A stretch of 52,946 nt of DNA from Actinomycetota bacterium (lineage in GTDB: Bacteria > Actinomycetota > Acidimicrobiia > Spongiisociales > UBA4744), in assembly GCA_013152275.1 (NCBI GenBank), contig JAADGS010000099.1, positions 1-52,946 of the forward strand. The letters are read 5' to 3'. The position numbers and the translations under genes are program-made. Position 1 is the first letter of the stretch, and each line of letters opens with the position of its first letter. Positions 7,621-18,055 of this stretch are shown piece after piece. Under the pieces are notes generated by a model, which saw only the letters and a program-made list of their open reading frames with translations, was not told where the DNA came from and made no database searches.

Positions 7621-9651
7621 GTGGAAGTCGTTGCCGAGCTACAGGACAACCACAAGACCTTGGGCTTAACCGACGAGCAGGTCGTCAACATGTATCGGGG
7701 GATCCTGCTCACACGAAGACTCGATGAGCGAATCTGGGCGCTGAACCGCCAAGGGCGGGCTGCATTCGTCGTTTCTGCCTCCGGGCAGGAAGGATCACAG
7801 GTTCCTCCAGTGATGGCGATGAACCCCGACATCGACTGGGCCCTCCCGTACTATCGGGACCTCGGCACCGTGCTCACCTGGGGCTTGACGCCCGAACAGG
7901 TGCTTCTTGGTGTCATGGCCAAGGCCGACGATCCCTCGAGCGGGGGACGCCAAATGCCATCTCATTGGTCGCTGCGGGAACGTCGTATCTTCTCCCACTC
8001 CTCACCCATCGCAACGCAGTACCCGCATGCGGCAGGCATCGCCAAGGTGGTCCAGCGAGACGGTACCGGAGCGATCGTGTTCGTATCGGGTGGCGAAGGC
8101 TCCACGTCCGAAGGCGACTGGCACGAAATGATGAACTTTGCCGGGATCCATGGTTTGCCGCTGATCGTCCTCATCGAGAACAACCAGTACGCCATCTCCG
8201 TGCCCGAACGAGAGGAAGTCGGTGGACACATCGCCGCCAGAGCGGCCGGATACGGGGTATACGGAGTGGTTGTCGACGGCAATGATCCGCTCGCGATGTA
8301 CAAAGTCACCAGGGACGCTGCCGATCGCGCTCGGCGAGGTGACGGGCCGACCTTGATCGAAGCGCGAACATATCGTTACTACGCGCACACGTCGGACGAT
8401 GACGACACCCTCTACCGCAGCCGTGAGGAGGTCGAGATGTGGAAACGGCGCGACCCTCTCGGCCAACTCCGCCAGTACCTCATCGAGGCACGCCTGCTGA
8501 GCGACGAGGACGACGAACGCATGGAGGCCGAGATCGCCCAAGAGATCAAGCAGGCCGTCGCCGCAGTCGAGGCCGCTCCGGATCCCGACGATCCGTTCTC
8601 GATCGTGTACCTCAACCCGATCACTCCGGCACAGCCTGCCGTGGAACCCGAACCGCCAGTCGAAGGCGAGGAAACCAATCTCATCACAGCCATCAACCGC
8701 ACGCTGCATGAGATCATGGCGCGCTATCCGGACACGGTGGTCTTCGGTGAAGATGTCGCCGACCCCAAAGGGGGCGTGTTCAAAGCCACACAGGGACTCG
8801 AGGTCGCCTTCGGAAACGACCGCAGTTTCAACATGCCACTCGCCGAGTCCCTGATCGTCGGTGTCGGCGTCGGCATGGCGGCGGCCGGCAAGAAACCACT
8901 CGTCGAGATCGAGTTCGCGGACTTCATCCACCCCGCCTTCGACCAGATCGTCTCGGAGGTCGCCCGCATCCATTACCGCACGAAGGGCAGGTGGCAGTGC
9001 CCACTGGTGATCCGCGCACCGTACGGCGGCGGCATCCGTGGCGCCCTCTACCACTCGCAATCGGTCGAGGCGTTCTACACGCACATACCCGGGCTGAAAG
9101 TCGTCATCCCGTCGACACCGGCCGACGCCAAAGGTCTGCTCTGGTCCGCGGTAGAGGATCCGGATCCGGTGATGTTCCTCGAACCGAAGAAGCTGTATCG
9201 ACTGGCGACGGGTCCGTTCCCTGCCGGGGAGTATCGTGTCCCACTCGGCAAGGCCGCCATCCGCAGGGCGGGCACCGATCTCACGATTCTCGCCTACGGG
9301 ACCATGGCACGGTTCGCTCTCGAAGCCGCTGCTCAGCTTGCGGAGTTTGGCCTCTCCGCCGAAATCATCGACTTGAGGACGCTGAAGCCCCTCGATTGGC
9401 CGACCATCGAGGCCTCTGTCGAAAAGACGACTCGGGTACTCATCGTGTATGAGGACAATGAATTCGGTGGATACGGAGCAGAACTCGCGGCACAGATCGC
9501 GGACAAGGCGTTCGAGCACCTGGATGCGCCGGTCCGTCGCTACGCCAGCCCCGATGTGCCGGCGTTCCCGTTCAACGCCAAGCTCGAGGCAATGGTCATG
9601 CCCAACACGGCCGGCATCGTCGAGCACGCCTTGGAACTGTCCAAGTACTGA
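7621..9651 (+). CDS. 2-oxoacid (probably branched-chain) dehydrogenase E1, fused alpha+beta
   Basis: GEGSTSEGDWHE...ENNQYAIS ThDP motif, YRYYAHTSDDD, beta-part FGEDV, HSQSVEA, IDLRTLKPLD; GTG start after GGGAGA. Confidence 0.92.
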   Translation: MEVVAELQDNHKTLGLTDEQVVNMYRGILLTRRLDERIWALNRQGRAAFVVSASGQEGSQVPPVMAMNPDIDWALPYYRDLGTVLTWGLTPEQVLLGVMAKADDPSSGGRQMPSHWSLRERRIFSHSSPIATQYPHAAGIAKVVQRDGTGAIVFVSGGEGSTSEGDWHEMMNFAGIHGLPLIVLIENNQYAISVPEREEVGGHIAARAAGYGVYGVVVDGNDPLAMYKVTRDAADRARRGDGPTLIEARTYRYYAHTSDDDDTLYRSREEVEMWKRRDPLGQLRQYLIEARLLSDEDDERMEAEIAQEIKQAVAAVEAAPDPDDPFSIVYLNPITPAQPAVEPEPPVEGEETNLITAINRTLHEIMARYPDTVVFGEDVADPKGGVFKATQGLEVAFGNDRSFNMPLAESLIVGVGVGMAAAGKKPLVEIEFADFIHPAFDQIVSEVARIHYRTKGRWQCPLVIRAPYGGGIRGALYHSQSVEAFYTHIPGLKVVIPSTPADAKGLLWSAVEDPDPVMFLEPKKLYRLATGPFPAGEYRVPLGKAAIRRAGTDLTILAYGTMARFALEAAAQLAEFGLSAEIIDLRTLKPLDWPTIEASVEKTTRVLIVYEDNEFGGYGAELAAQIADKAFEHLDAPVRRYASPDVPAFPFNAKLEAMVMPNTAGIVEHALELSKY

Positions 9652-9703
9652 CCCGGCCGATCGCCGGTGACCAGGGGACCGTCAGCGGGTACCCTTCTAC
9701 CCT

Positions 9704-11470
9704 ATGTCTCTCCTCGCGCGTCTCTCAGAAACCGTCGGTGATGCTTTCGAAGTCGCCGGAGTGGACCGCTCCTACGGATCCGTGGCCATCTCCAAACGCC
9801 CCGACCTGGGCCAGTTCCAGTGCACCGGCGCCCTGGCGGCCGCCAAGAGCGTAGGTAGGAACCCGCGCGAGATCGCCCAGACCGTCATCGATGCCCTCAG
9901 AGCCACGGAGATGTTCGCCGCAGTGTCGATCGCCGGGCCCGGATTCATCAACCTGACGCTGACCGATGCCGCAATTGCTGCGATGACCCAGGCGGTCGTG
10001 GACGATGAGCGATGCGGATGCGACCTGGTGGAGCATCCCGTCCGTTACATCGTCGACTTTGGTGGTCCCACCGTTGCAAAGGCGATGCACGTCGGTCATC
10101 TCCGGTCCACGATCATCGGCGACTCTCTCCAACGCCTCCTTCGATTCCTCGGTCACGATGTCACCAGCGATATCCACTTGGGTGACTGGGGAACACAGAT
10201 GGGAATGCTGATCATCGAGGTGGAACGCCGATACCCGGACCTTCCCTACTTCGACGCATCCTTCAGTGGCCCCTACCCGGCCGAGTCGCCCGTCACCCTC
10301 GACGACCTCCACGAGATGTATCCAGCAGTAGCGGCGCGCGTCGCAGGAGACGAAGCCGAAGCGGAGCGTGCTCGCCGGGCAACCACCGAACTGCAGAATG
10401 GACGACCCGGTTACCGGGCACTTTGGCAACATTTCGCGAATGTCTCCATCAGCGCACAACGTGCCGACTTCGAGGCCCTGGGAGTGAAGTTCGACCTGTG
10501 GTACGGCGAGAGCACGGTCCACGACCGAATCGCACCGCTCCTCGAACGCATCAAGTCTTCCGGTCGCGCCGTGATGAGTGACGGTGCTCTCGTGGTGCCG
10601 GTCGCGCAGGAGGACGACCAGATGGACATTCCTCCTATGCTCCTGACGAAATCCGACGGTTCCTACCTGTACACGACAACCGACCTCGCCACCCTCGACC
10701 AGCGGATCACCGAGCTGAAGGCAGAAGACATCCTCTATGTCGTCGACGCAAGGCAGGCCCTGCATTTCATCCAGGTGTTCAGGGCGGCCAGGCTCACCGG
10801 AGTCGTTCCCGACGACGTCGTCCTCGAACACATTGCCTTCGGCACGATGAACGGCACCGACGGCAAGCCGTTCAAGACACGCGAAGGTGGCGTCCTCAAA
10901 CTCAAGGATCTCATCGCGATGGTGACTGACGCCGCCCTCACACGCCTCGCCGAAGCTCGCATCGCAGAGAGCTATCCGGACGAGGAACGAGCAGAGATAG
11001 CGAAGGCCGTCGGCCTCGCTGCGCTGAAGTTCGGCGACCTGAGCAACCACCGCACGTCCAATTACGTCTTCGATCTGGACCGGTTCAGCTCGTTCGAGGG
11101 GAAGACCGGACCATATCTGCTCTACGGCGCGGTGCGAATCCGGTCGATCCTGCGCAAGGCCGCCGAACACGGGTTTGTTCCCGGACCGATCACGGACCCG
11201 TCCACCGATGTCGAGCGTGATCTGATGCTCTTCCTGGCTCGCCTGCCCGACTCGATCGCGAGGGCAGCAGAGTTGCGGGCTCCGAACCATATCGCCGAGT
11301 TCGCCTACGATCTCACGACCCGTTTCAACCGCTTCTACGAGCAGTGCCACATCCTCAGTGAGCAGGACCCCGAACGCCGCGGTTCCTGGCTGAGTCTGGT
11401 CGCCGTGACCCTTCGGGAACTCATCCTCACACTCGATCTTCTCGGCATCTCTGTGCCGGAGCGGATGTAG
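9704..11470 (+). CDS. argS: Arginine--tRNA ligase
   Basis: IAGPGFINL, KAMHVGHLRSTIIGD, GDWGTQMG, FKTREG, DALR-type C-terminus ending PERM. Confidence 0.97.
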   Translation: MSLLARLSETVGDAFEVAGVDRSYGSVAISKRPDLGQFQCTGALAAAKSVGRNPREIAQTVIDALRATEMFAAVSIAGPGFINLTLTDAAIAAMTQAVVDDERCGCDLVEHPVRYIVDFGGPTVAKAMHVGHLRSTIIGDSLQRLLRFLGHDVTSDIHLGDWGTQMGMLIIEVERRYPDLPYFDASFSGPYPAESPVTLDDLHEMYPAVAARVAGDEAEAERARRATTELQNGRPGYRALWQHFANVSISAQRADFEALGVKFDLWYGESTVHDRIAPLLERIKSSGRAVMSDGALVVPVAQEDDQMDIPPMLLTKSDGSYLYTTTDLATLDQRITELKAEDILYVVDARQALHFIQVFRAARLTGVVPDDVVLEHIAFGTMNGTDGKPFKTREGGVLKLKDLIAMVTDAALTRLAEARIAESYPDEERAEIAKAVGLAALKFGDLSNHRTSNYVFDLDRFSSFEGKTGPYLLYGAVRIRSILRKAAEHGFVPGPITDPSTDVERDLMLFLARLPDSIARAAELRAPNHIAEFAYDLTTRFNRFYEQCHILSEQDPERRGSWLSLVAVTLRELILTLDLLGISVPERM

Positions 11471-11487
11471 GTCGGTACGCTCGGGCT

Positions 11488-12372
11488 GTGGAGATCAGGA
11501 TTCGACCCGCCGTCGCCTCCGACAAAGAGGCCATTGCAGCGTTCACACAGACCACATTCGCCTGGGGCGACTACATCACCGACGAGTTCGATCGGTGGCT
11601 GAACGACCCACGAGGCCAGACGGCCGTCGCCGTCGGCCCGGACGACACACCGGTCGCCATGGCACGGTGGAGCCTGCTTTCTCCTACCGAGGTGTGGAGC
11701 CAGGGAGCAAGAGTCCACCCCGATCATCGCAGAAAGGGGATCTCGTCTCAGCTCATCGAGGCCGGTGAGCAGTGGGCGAGAGAACAGGGCGCCCAGGTTC
11801 TGCGACTTGCCATCGAGGATTGGAACACCGCCGCCCAGGCCCAGGTGACACGATCGGGATTCCGGAACGTTTCCAGGTGGACGATGTGGAAACGCCCCAT
11901 CGGTAATGCCGCACCGAGAGTCGCCGGCAACGGAGGCAGTCACGTTCCATCCGACGAGCACCTCACCCTTGCAGGCGAGTCGGAGGCCGGACCCGCCTAC
12001 CTCGCATGGTCTGCCGGATCGATGGCAGTCGTGAGCCACGGTTTCATCACCGAACGCTGGACCTGGCGCCGCTTGCACGCGTACGACCTGGCCGCCGCGG
12101 CCCGGCGGCGGGCGCTGTGGGTCTGCCCGGCAGGCTGGCTCGTCGGTGAGGCCGACGACGACGGACCGGACACGTTCTGGGTTTCGTGGGTGATGGCCGC
12201 TCCCGATGATGTGTATCGACTTCTCCGCGCGGCAATCGACAGGGCGTCATCGGAGGCCGCCGAGCGAATCGTGTTCCTCCTGCCGAAGGCCACGTGGACG
12301 GATCAGGCGGCGAGAAGGGCGGGGCTCGATGTCGGCCACCACCTCCTCGTCTACGAACGTCCCATCACCTGA
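11488..12372 (+). CDS. GNAT family N-acetyltransferase
   Basis: ARVHPDHRRKGISSQL motif A. Confidence 0.88.
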   Translation: MEIRIRPAVASDKEAIAAFTQTTFAWGDYITDEFDRWLNDPRGQTAVAVGPDDTPVAMARWSLLSPTEVWSQGARVHPDHRRKGISSQLIEAGEQWAREQGAQVLRLAIEDWNTAAQAQVTRSGFRNVSRWTMWKRPIGNAAPRVAGNGGSHVPSDEHLTLAGESEAGPAYLAWSAGSMAVVSHGFITERWTWRRLHAYDLAAAARRRALWVCPAGWLVGEADDDGPDTFWVSWVMAAPDDVYRLLRAAIDRASSEAAERIVFLLPKATWTDQAARRAGLDVGHHLLVYERPIT

Positions 12373-12410
12373 TTCGGTGCCAAGCCCTCACGAAGCGTGA
12401 CCCTCCCTCT

Positions 12411-12459
12411 GAACCCAGGGCTCGTAGGGGTCGTGGCGACCCCTACGGGCCCTGGGTTC
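12411..12459. terminator. 23-bp stem hairpin between convergent genes (GTAG-containing, REP-like)
   Basis: GAACCCAGGGCTCGTAGGGGTCG-TGG-CGACCCCTACGGGCCCTGGGTTC, one G-U pair. Confidence 0.75.
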
Positions 12460-12464
12460 GCAGG

Positions 12465-13019
12465 TCAAGTGCTACGCGTGGCCACCAGGCGTGCCTCGTG
12501 GCGGTCGTCGAACCAGGCTTCCTCGAAGCGGACCACGGTCAGGCCCTTCACCAGGCCCGGCAACTCGCCTTCGTCGAGGACATGCTCGCGAGGGGGCCGC
12601 GCATGCCGCTCCAGATTTCGGACCGTCGCTATCGCGCACACGAGCACACCTCCGGGAGCGAGTGCCTCGACCATCTTCGGGAAGAGGTCTCTCTGCAGGT
12701 AGTGGAAGCAGAGGATCAGGTCCCATGGGCCGACAGGAAGAGCATCGTTCTCCAGATCGGCGTTGACCAGATCAATGGTGAGCCCGCGATCTCGAGCAGC
12801 TTCCGCGGCAATCGCCAATGCCGCGTCGGAAACATCCACAACCGTCACACTCAGCCCGCGATCGGCCAACCACAGGGCGTTGCGACCATTCCCCCCTGCG
12901 ACATCGAGCGCACGACCCGATCGAGGAAGAAGGTCCACAATCGACTCCAAGAATGGAGAGGGTTCCATCGGCCAGCCTTCACCATATCGCCGGTTCCAGT
13001 GCTCGCGGGCGTCGTTCAT
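12465..13019 (-). CDS. Class I SAM-dependent methyltransferase (TehB-like)
   Basis: MNDAREHWNRRY...RALDVAGGNGRNALWLA...LAPGG; the longer track ORF is antisense run-on. Confidence 0.9.
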   Translation of the reverse strand: MNDAREHWNRRYGEGWPMEPSPFLESIVDLLPRSGRALDVAGGNGRNALWLADRGLSVTVVDVSDAALAIAAEAARDRGLTIDLVNADLENDALPVGPWDLILCFHYLQRDLFPKMVEALAPGGVLVCAIATVRNLERHARPPREHVLDEGELPGLVKGLTVVRFEEAWFDDRHEARLVATRST

Positions 13020-13073
13020 AACAAGCGATGTTAGGAGGCCTGTGCTTTCATCACTTCGGCGAAGGAGGAAACC

Positions 13074-13817
13074 ATGCCGGTCAACTACGAAGGGATAGGA
13101 CCGATCGCGGTCATCACGATCGACCGTCCGCATCGACGCAACGCCATCAATCGCGAAACTGCCGACGCTCTCCTCGACGCGTGGCGGCGCTTCGACGCCG
13201 ACGACACCGCCACGGTCGGGATCCTCACGGGCGCCGGTGGCCACTTCTCCGCCGGAGCCGACCTCAAGGACTTCGACCTCTCCGACCGCCCCGAGGGATT
13301 CCTCGGATTCACCAGACTCGAAGTCACGAAACCGACGGTCGCCGCCGTCGGAGGATTCTGTGTGGCCGGAGGATTGGAGATGGCCTTGTGGTGTGATCTT
13401 CGAGTGGCCGACGAAGACGCCGTGTTCGGTTGCTTCGAGCGCCGGTGGGGCGTGCCGCTCGTCGATGGTGGCACGCAGCGCCTCCCGCGGCTCATCGGTA
13501 CTGGGCGCGCCCTCGACATGATCCTCACGGGGCGACCGGTTGACGCAGACGAAGCGCATCGGATAGGCCTGGTCGATCGCGTCGTGCCGGCAGGGACCCA
13601 TCTCGATGCAGCAATCCGGCTCGCCAACGAGATCGCCTCCTTCCCCCAGGCGACGGTTCGCTCGGATCGCTCCGCGCTCCTCGGAGGGTTCGGAATGCCT
13701 CTTGCAGATGGCCTCGATCTCGAGCGCCGACTCGGCATCGACGTGCTGGGCACCGCCGCCGAAGGAGCTGCCCGCTTCCGCTCCGAACGCGCCTCCGGAA
13801 GGCGAAGGGAGCGTTGA
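13074..13817 (+). CDS. Enoyl-CoA hydratase/isomerase family protein
   Basis: IDRPHRRNAIN, FSAGADLK, AGGLEMALWCD, GGTQRLPRLIG; AGGAGG RBS. Confidence 0.93.
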   Translation: MPVNYEGIGPIAVITIDRPHRRNAINRETADALLDAWRRFDADDTATVGILTGAGGHFSAGADLKDFDLSDRPEGFLGFTRLEVTKPTVAAVGGFCVAGGLEMALWCDLRVADEDAVFGCFERRWGVPLVDGGTQRLPRLIGTGRALDMILTGRPVDADEAHRIGLVDRVVPAGTHLDAAIRLANEIASFPQATVRSDRSALLGGFGMPLADGLDLERRLGIDVLGTAAEGAARFRSERASGRRRER

Positions 13818-13964
13818 GGAGCACGGTGATGCCGGGAGGGGGACCGACCGTTGCAGCCGGAAAGGCTGAACGTACCGGAGTGATCTTGCCGCCGATCGGA
13901 CCGCGCGCTTCATATCGGGCATCGACCGCCCGGACGTCACCGGACGAGGCACTAGTCTGCGCGA

Positions 13965-15113
13965 ATGCAGACCGCACGACGTCTTCAGGCCTTCGGCCAG
14001 ACCATCTTCACCGAGGTGAGCCAGTTGGCGCTCGAACACGAGGCCGTGAATCTGGGTCAGGGTTTCCCCAACTTCGACGGTCCGGACTTCGTCAAGGAGG
14101 CCGCTGTCGCGGCGATTCGCGACGGCCGGAACCAGTACGCTCCACTGTCCGGAGTGTCCCGGCTCCGCAACGCCATCGCCGACCGTTTCTCACGCAGAAC
14201 CGGGATCCACACGGACCCCGACCGACACGTCACGGTGACTTCCGGCTGTACCGAGGCGCTCACGTCCGCGTTCCTGGGTCTGGTGGACCCCGGCGACGAA
14301 GTCGTGCTGATCGAACCGTTCTATGACTCCTATCCGGCAGACCTGGCACTCGCAGGCGCCACTCCTCGGTTCGTAACCCTGCGGCCACCGGATTTCGCTC
14401 TGGAGGAGGCAGACTTGCGTGCTGCCTTCGGCCCCAAGACGCGCGCCATCCTGCTCAACACGCCGCACAATCCGACCGGAAGGGTGTTCTCGCGGCCGGA
14501 ACTCGAAACCGTCGCTTCGCTCTGTAAGGAGTTCGATGCGATCGCCATCACCGACGAGGTCTACGAAGATCTCGTGTTCGACGGCGCCCACATCTCGCTC
14601 GCTCAGCTCGAGGGCATGTGGGAACGAACGATCACACTCTCGTCTCTCGGCAAGACGTTCTCCCTGACCGGATGGAAGGTCGGCTGGGCCGTCGGTCCGG
14701 ACGAGCTGACCGCCGGCTTGAGGGCTGCCCACCAGTTCGTGACGTTTGCGACCGGGACACCGCTGCAACACGCGGCAGCCACAGCCCTCAGGGCGCCGGA
14801 TGCCTTCTACACCGAACTCATCACCGACTACCGACGCCGCCGTGACCTTCTCACCGACGGCCTCGTCCGCCTCGGATTCGAGGTGTTCATACCAGAGGGC
14901 ACCTATTTCGTGCTGGCCGACCACACGCGCTTCGGGTTCTCGGACGACGTGGCGTTCGCCCGGCATCTGGTCACCAAGGTTGGCGTCGCGGTGATTCCAC
15001 CGAGTGCCTTCTACCACCGGAGCGAGGATGGTTCCTCACTCGTGCGTTTCGCCTTCTGCAAGGACGAAGCCACGATCGAGAAGGCGCTCCAGAGGATGGC
15101 TTCGCTCAAATGA
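13965..15113 (+). CDS. PLP-dependent aminotransferase class I/II (YbdL/DapC-like)
   Basis: NLGQGFP, NTPHNPTG, DEVYE, SLGKTFSLTGWKVGW. Confidence 0.93.
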   Translation: MQTARRLQAFGQTIFTEVSQLALEHEAVNLGQGFPNFDGPDFVKEAAVAAIRDGRNQYAPLSGVSRLRNAIADRFSRRTGIHTDPDRHVTVTSGCTEALTSAFLGLVDPGDEVVLIEPFYDSYPADLALAGATPRFVTLRPPDFALEEADLRAAFGPKTRAILLNTPHNPTGRVFSRPELETVASLCKEFDAIAITDEVYEDLVFDGAHISLAQLEGMWERTITLSSLGKTFSLTGWKVGWAVGPDELTAGLRAAHQFVTFATGTPLQHAAATALRAPDAFYTELITDYRRRRDLLTDGLVRLGFEVFIPEGTYFVLADHTRFGFSDDVAFARHLVTKVGVAVIPPSAFYHRSEDGSSLVRFAFCKDEATIEKALQRMASLK

Positions 15114-15702
15114 GCATGCCGTAGACGACGGCCACACCGACCGCCCACACGACGTAGAGCATCGGCAGTTCAACCTGGTCGAGCCACGGGCGATCGGCGA
15201 ACACGCGCCGGACACCCCACAACGCCACGAGGCCGACGACCAGCGTCCACGTGAACCCTGCAATGCCGGTCGCGACGACGACCTCGAGGGACTGGTCGAA
15301 CACGTGAGGGAGGTCTCCGATGTAGCCGAGTCCGATCCGCCCGATCACAAGCAGGATGATCCCCGTCACGAGTAAAGAAATGCCTCTGGCAACGGCCAGT
15401 TCGAGCTCGCGAGTCGAGTGCTCGCGGAGTTGACGAACGGGGCCTTCCACGGCGACGCCGATAGCGAAAGCGCCAAACACCGCGATGACGAGGCTGGAAC
15501 CGAGCATGGCACCGGTGCTCGTCGTGAGACCGAGTTCGACGACGCCGAACCCGTCGAGGAGAACAACCGCCGCCACCGCAACGAGCGCACTCCCCACCAC
15601 CATCAGGCCGACGTCGAACGTCGTGCCGAGCACACGCCAGAACAGGCGTAACCTCCGCCTCAGCGGACTCACATAGATCGTGGTCGTGTCGTACTCTTGC
15701 AC
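15106..15702 (-). CDS. Hypothetical integral membrane protein
   Basis: About 5 hydrophobic helices. Confidence 0.8.
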   Translation of the reverse strand: MQEYDTTTIYVSPLRRRLRLFWRVLGTTFDVGLMVVGSALVAVAAVVLLDGFGVVELGLTTSTGAMLGSSLVIAVFGAFAIGVAVEGPVRQLREHSTRELELAVARGISLLVTGIILLVIGRIGLGYIGDLPHVFDQSLEVVVATGIAGFTWTLVVGLVALWGVRRVFADRPWLDQVELPMLYVVWAVGVAVVYGMLI

Positions 15703-15719
15703 GCAACCCTCCGGAGCGC

Positions 15720-16943
15720 TCAGCCTACCGTCCCCACCGCGTCATCGACTACCGCTTCCCAATACAGCTCGACGGGATGAACGACCCTGTACCACCCTTC
15801 GAGGTGGGAACGAAGCTGCATTTCACAGCCGACGTTGGCCGATGCGACGATCGTCGAGCCTGCCTGGTGGACCTGGGAGACCTTCCTGTCTGCGAGCGCC
15901 TCGGATGCCTCCGGATGGAGCAGCCCCCATGCGCCGGCCGCACCACAGCACAGCCCCTCCTGGTCGATCTCCACGATCCGATAGCCGGCGGCCTGCAGGA
16001 TGATGCGCGGTTGGTCGACAATGCGCTGGGCATGCCGGAGATGGCATGGATCCTGAACGGCAACGGGTCCCCGGTCGACGTTCGAAGTGGGAAGCCACCC
16101 TGCCTCGATGGCCTCTGCAACGACCTCGGTCACGTCCCTGGCTCGCGAAGCCAGGTCCGCCCCGTCCTCTCCGGCCCAATGTCCGTACTCCTTCAGGTGG
16201 GAACTGCACCCGGCTGCGTCGGCAATGACGACGTCGGCTCCGGAGAAAGCGGCTACGTTGCGCCGGGCGAGCCGCCGGGCTTCGAGCGCGGCACCTTCGT
16301 GGGCGGCCAGGGCACCACAGCAGGTCTGGTTTGGAGACGTGACGACTCTGTATCCGGCTCGCTGAAGTGTCTCGATGGTCGCAACATGGATCTGAGGGAA
16401 TCCCGACTCCATCACACATCCGAGCAGCAGGGCGGCGGTTCCTCGTTCGGGTCCGATCGCAGCGAACTCCCGCCCGCGCAACTCGATGCGGGCGGATGGC
16501 CGGAGGCCCGCAAGAAGCTTCGGCATCCATCGGCTCAGGCCCGCACGACGGACCAAAGCTGCCGCACCGATGCCCAACCTGACCAGCCCGGGCTTCGCGA
16601 CCCATCGTCCCAAGACCCTGTTGCGTACCTGGCGGGCAAGCGACGGTTGCTGCACGTTGATCTCTGCCCGGACTCCTTCGATCATCTTCCCGAACGGAAC
16701 GAGTGCGGGACATACCACCTGGCATGCACGGCACTGGAGACAGAATCCGATGACGTCGTCGAAGGTGCCGTCTATCGCAACGATTCCATCGGCTGCCGCC
16801 ACCATGGCCGCCAGCCGTCCTCGAGGCGATGCCGTCTCGTCTGCGGTGAGACGATACGTGGGGCACACTGCGAGACAGAGACCACATCCCACACACTGGG
16901 CCAGATCCAACGCGGTCGGCGCCTCCGGGGTGATCCAGACCAT
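15720..16943 (-). CDS. glcF: Glycolate oxidase iron-sulfur subunit
   Basis: CVGCGLCLAVCP, CLQCRACQVVCP, two CCG domains; coupled to glcE. Confidence 0.88.
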   Translation of the reverse strand: MVWITPEAPTALDLAQCVGCGLCLAVCPTYRLTADETASPRGRLAAMVAAADGIVAIDGTFDDVIGFCLQCRACQVVCPALVPFGKMIEGVRAEINVQQPSLARQVRNRVLGRWVAKPGLVRLGIGAAALVRRAGLSRWMPKLLAGLRPSARIELRGREFAAIGPERGTAALLLGCVMESGFPQIHVATIETLQRAGYRVVTSPNQTCCGALAAHEGAALEARRLARRNVAAFSGADVVIADAAGCSSHLKEYGHWAGEDGADLASRARDVTEVVAEAIEAGWLPTSNVDRGPVAVQDPCHLRHAQRIVDQPRIILQAAGYRIVEIDQEGLCCGAAGAWGLLHPEASEALADRKVSQVHQAGSTIVASANVGCEMQLRSHLEGWYRVVHPVELYWEAVVDDAVGTVG

Positions 16944-18055
16944 CAGATCCCTCCGGGGAGACGGCCGGAGTTCATGATTCCTGCCGGGTCGAACATGGCG
17001 ACGAGCCGCCGCTGGATGCCGACCGTCGACGGTGCGGTCCCCCACGGATCGAAAGCCAGATCGTCGGGAGCGGCTTCCACGACCAACCTTCCACCGACGG
17101 ACTCCGCCCACTCTCGCATCTTCACAAGAACGGCCTCGTCCGGATTCTCCGCGCCCATCCGCACCTCACCCACGCCGAAGGCCGCCCGGTAGGTCCATCC
17201 CGACGGCACGTGCTCGACGCCTTGACGGGTTAGACGCGCCGGCACTCTCAGAACACAGCGGAACGGCGACTGGAGTGGTGCGGGCCAGATCGCTCCCGGC
17301 AGAGACTCTCCGCCGAGGGCATCGACCTCGGCCTTCACCGTTGCAGGGAGGCCGCCGACGACCACGGAGCCCTGGCCATCGACCTCGAAGACCGCAAGAG
17401 GCCGATACGCGACCTTCAAGGCGTTCTCGGGACACACACCGACGATCGTGACGATCGACTGCGGTCGCGGCCACAGCTTGAGACTGACCACGGTGACGAT
17501 GCCCAGACGTCCGAAGGACCCCACTGCCAGCCGGGACAGGTCGTAGCCGGAGACGTTCTTGACCACCGTGCCTCCGGCGTGAACGATCCGTCCGTCTCCG
17601 GTGACCAGCGTCATACCCAACACCCGGTCGCGTGTCGGCCCGTACCGCAGGCGTCGGTGTCCCGAAATACCCGCAGCGACAACCCCGCCGATGGTCGCGT
17701 CGCCCGGATCCTCCGGCAGGACCGCCGTCTGTCCACCCTCGACGAGTCGTTGCTCCAGATCGGCCACGCGAACACCCGCTCCGACGGTGGCAGTCAGATC
17801 GTCGGGACGCCAGTCCAGGGTCTGAAGGTTACGGGTCGAGACCACGATCAGCGGGTCCACGGCCGCTCCATAGCCTTGATGGGTTCCACCACCACGAACG
17901 AGCACGGGCAACCGGTACTCGCTCGCCACCTGCATGATGCGGGCGGCCTCCTGCTCCGATGCGGGAGCGGCGCTCAGTGCGCCCTCCGGTGCTCCGGGAA
18001 TCGGGGCTCCGACGAGACTCCCGAGACGTTTTCGGACCACGGCGATCGAAGTCAT
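16943..18055 (-). CDS. glcE: Glycolate oxidase FAD-binding subunit
   Basis: ATIGGVVAAG, GGTVVKNVSGYDLSRL, FDPAGIMNSGR. Confidence 0.88.
   Translation of the reverse strand: MTSIAVVRKRLGSLVGAPIPGAPEGALSAAPASEQEAARIMQVASEYRLPVLVRGGGTHQGYGAAVDPLIVVSTRNLQTLDWRPDDLTATVGAGVRVADLEQRLVEGGQTAVLPEDPGDATIGGVVAAGISGHRRLRYGPTRDRVLGMTLVTGDGRIVHAGGTVVKNVSGYDLSRLAVGSFGRLGIVTVVSLKLWPRPQSIVTIVGVCPENALKVAYRPLAVFEVDGQGSVVVGGLPATVKAEVDALGGESLPGAIWPAPLQSPFRCVLRVPARLTRQGVEHVPSGWTYRAAFGVGEVRMGAENPDEAVLVKMREWAESVGGRLVVEAAPDDLAFDPWGTAPSTVGIQRRLVAMFDPAGIMNSGRLPGGI

Noticed and set aside
13818..13950. Riboswitch upstream of the aminotransferase (CAGCC-GGAAA-GGCTG hairpin)
   Set aside because: The gene looks leaderless (TAGTCT 6 nt before ATG), and no known aptamer consensus was recognised.
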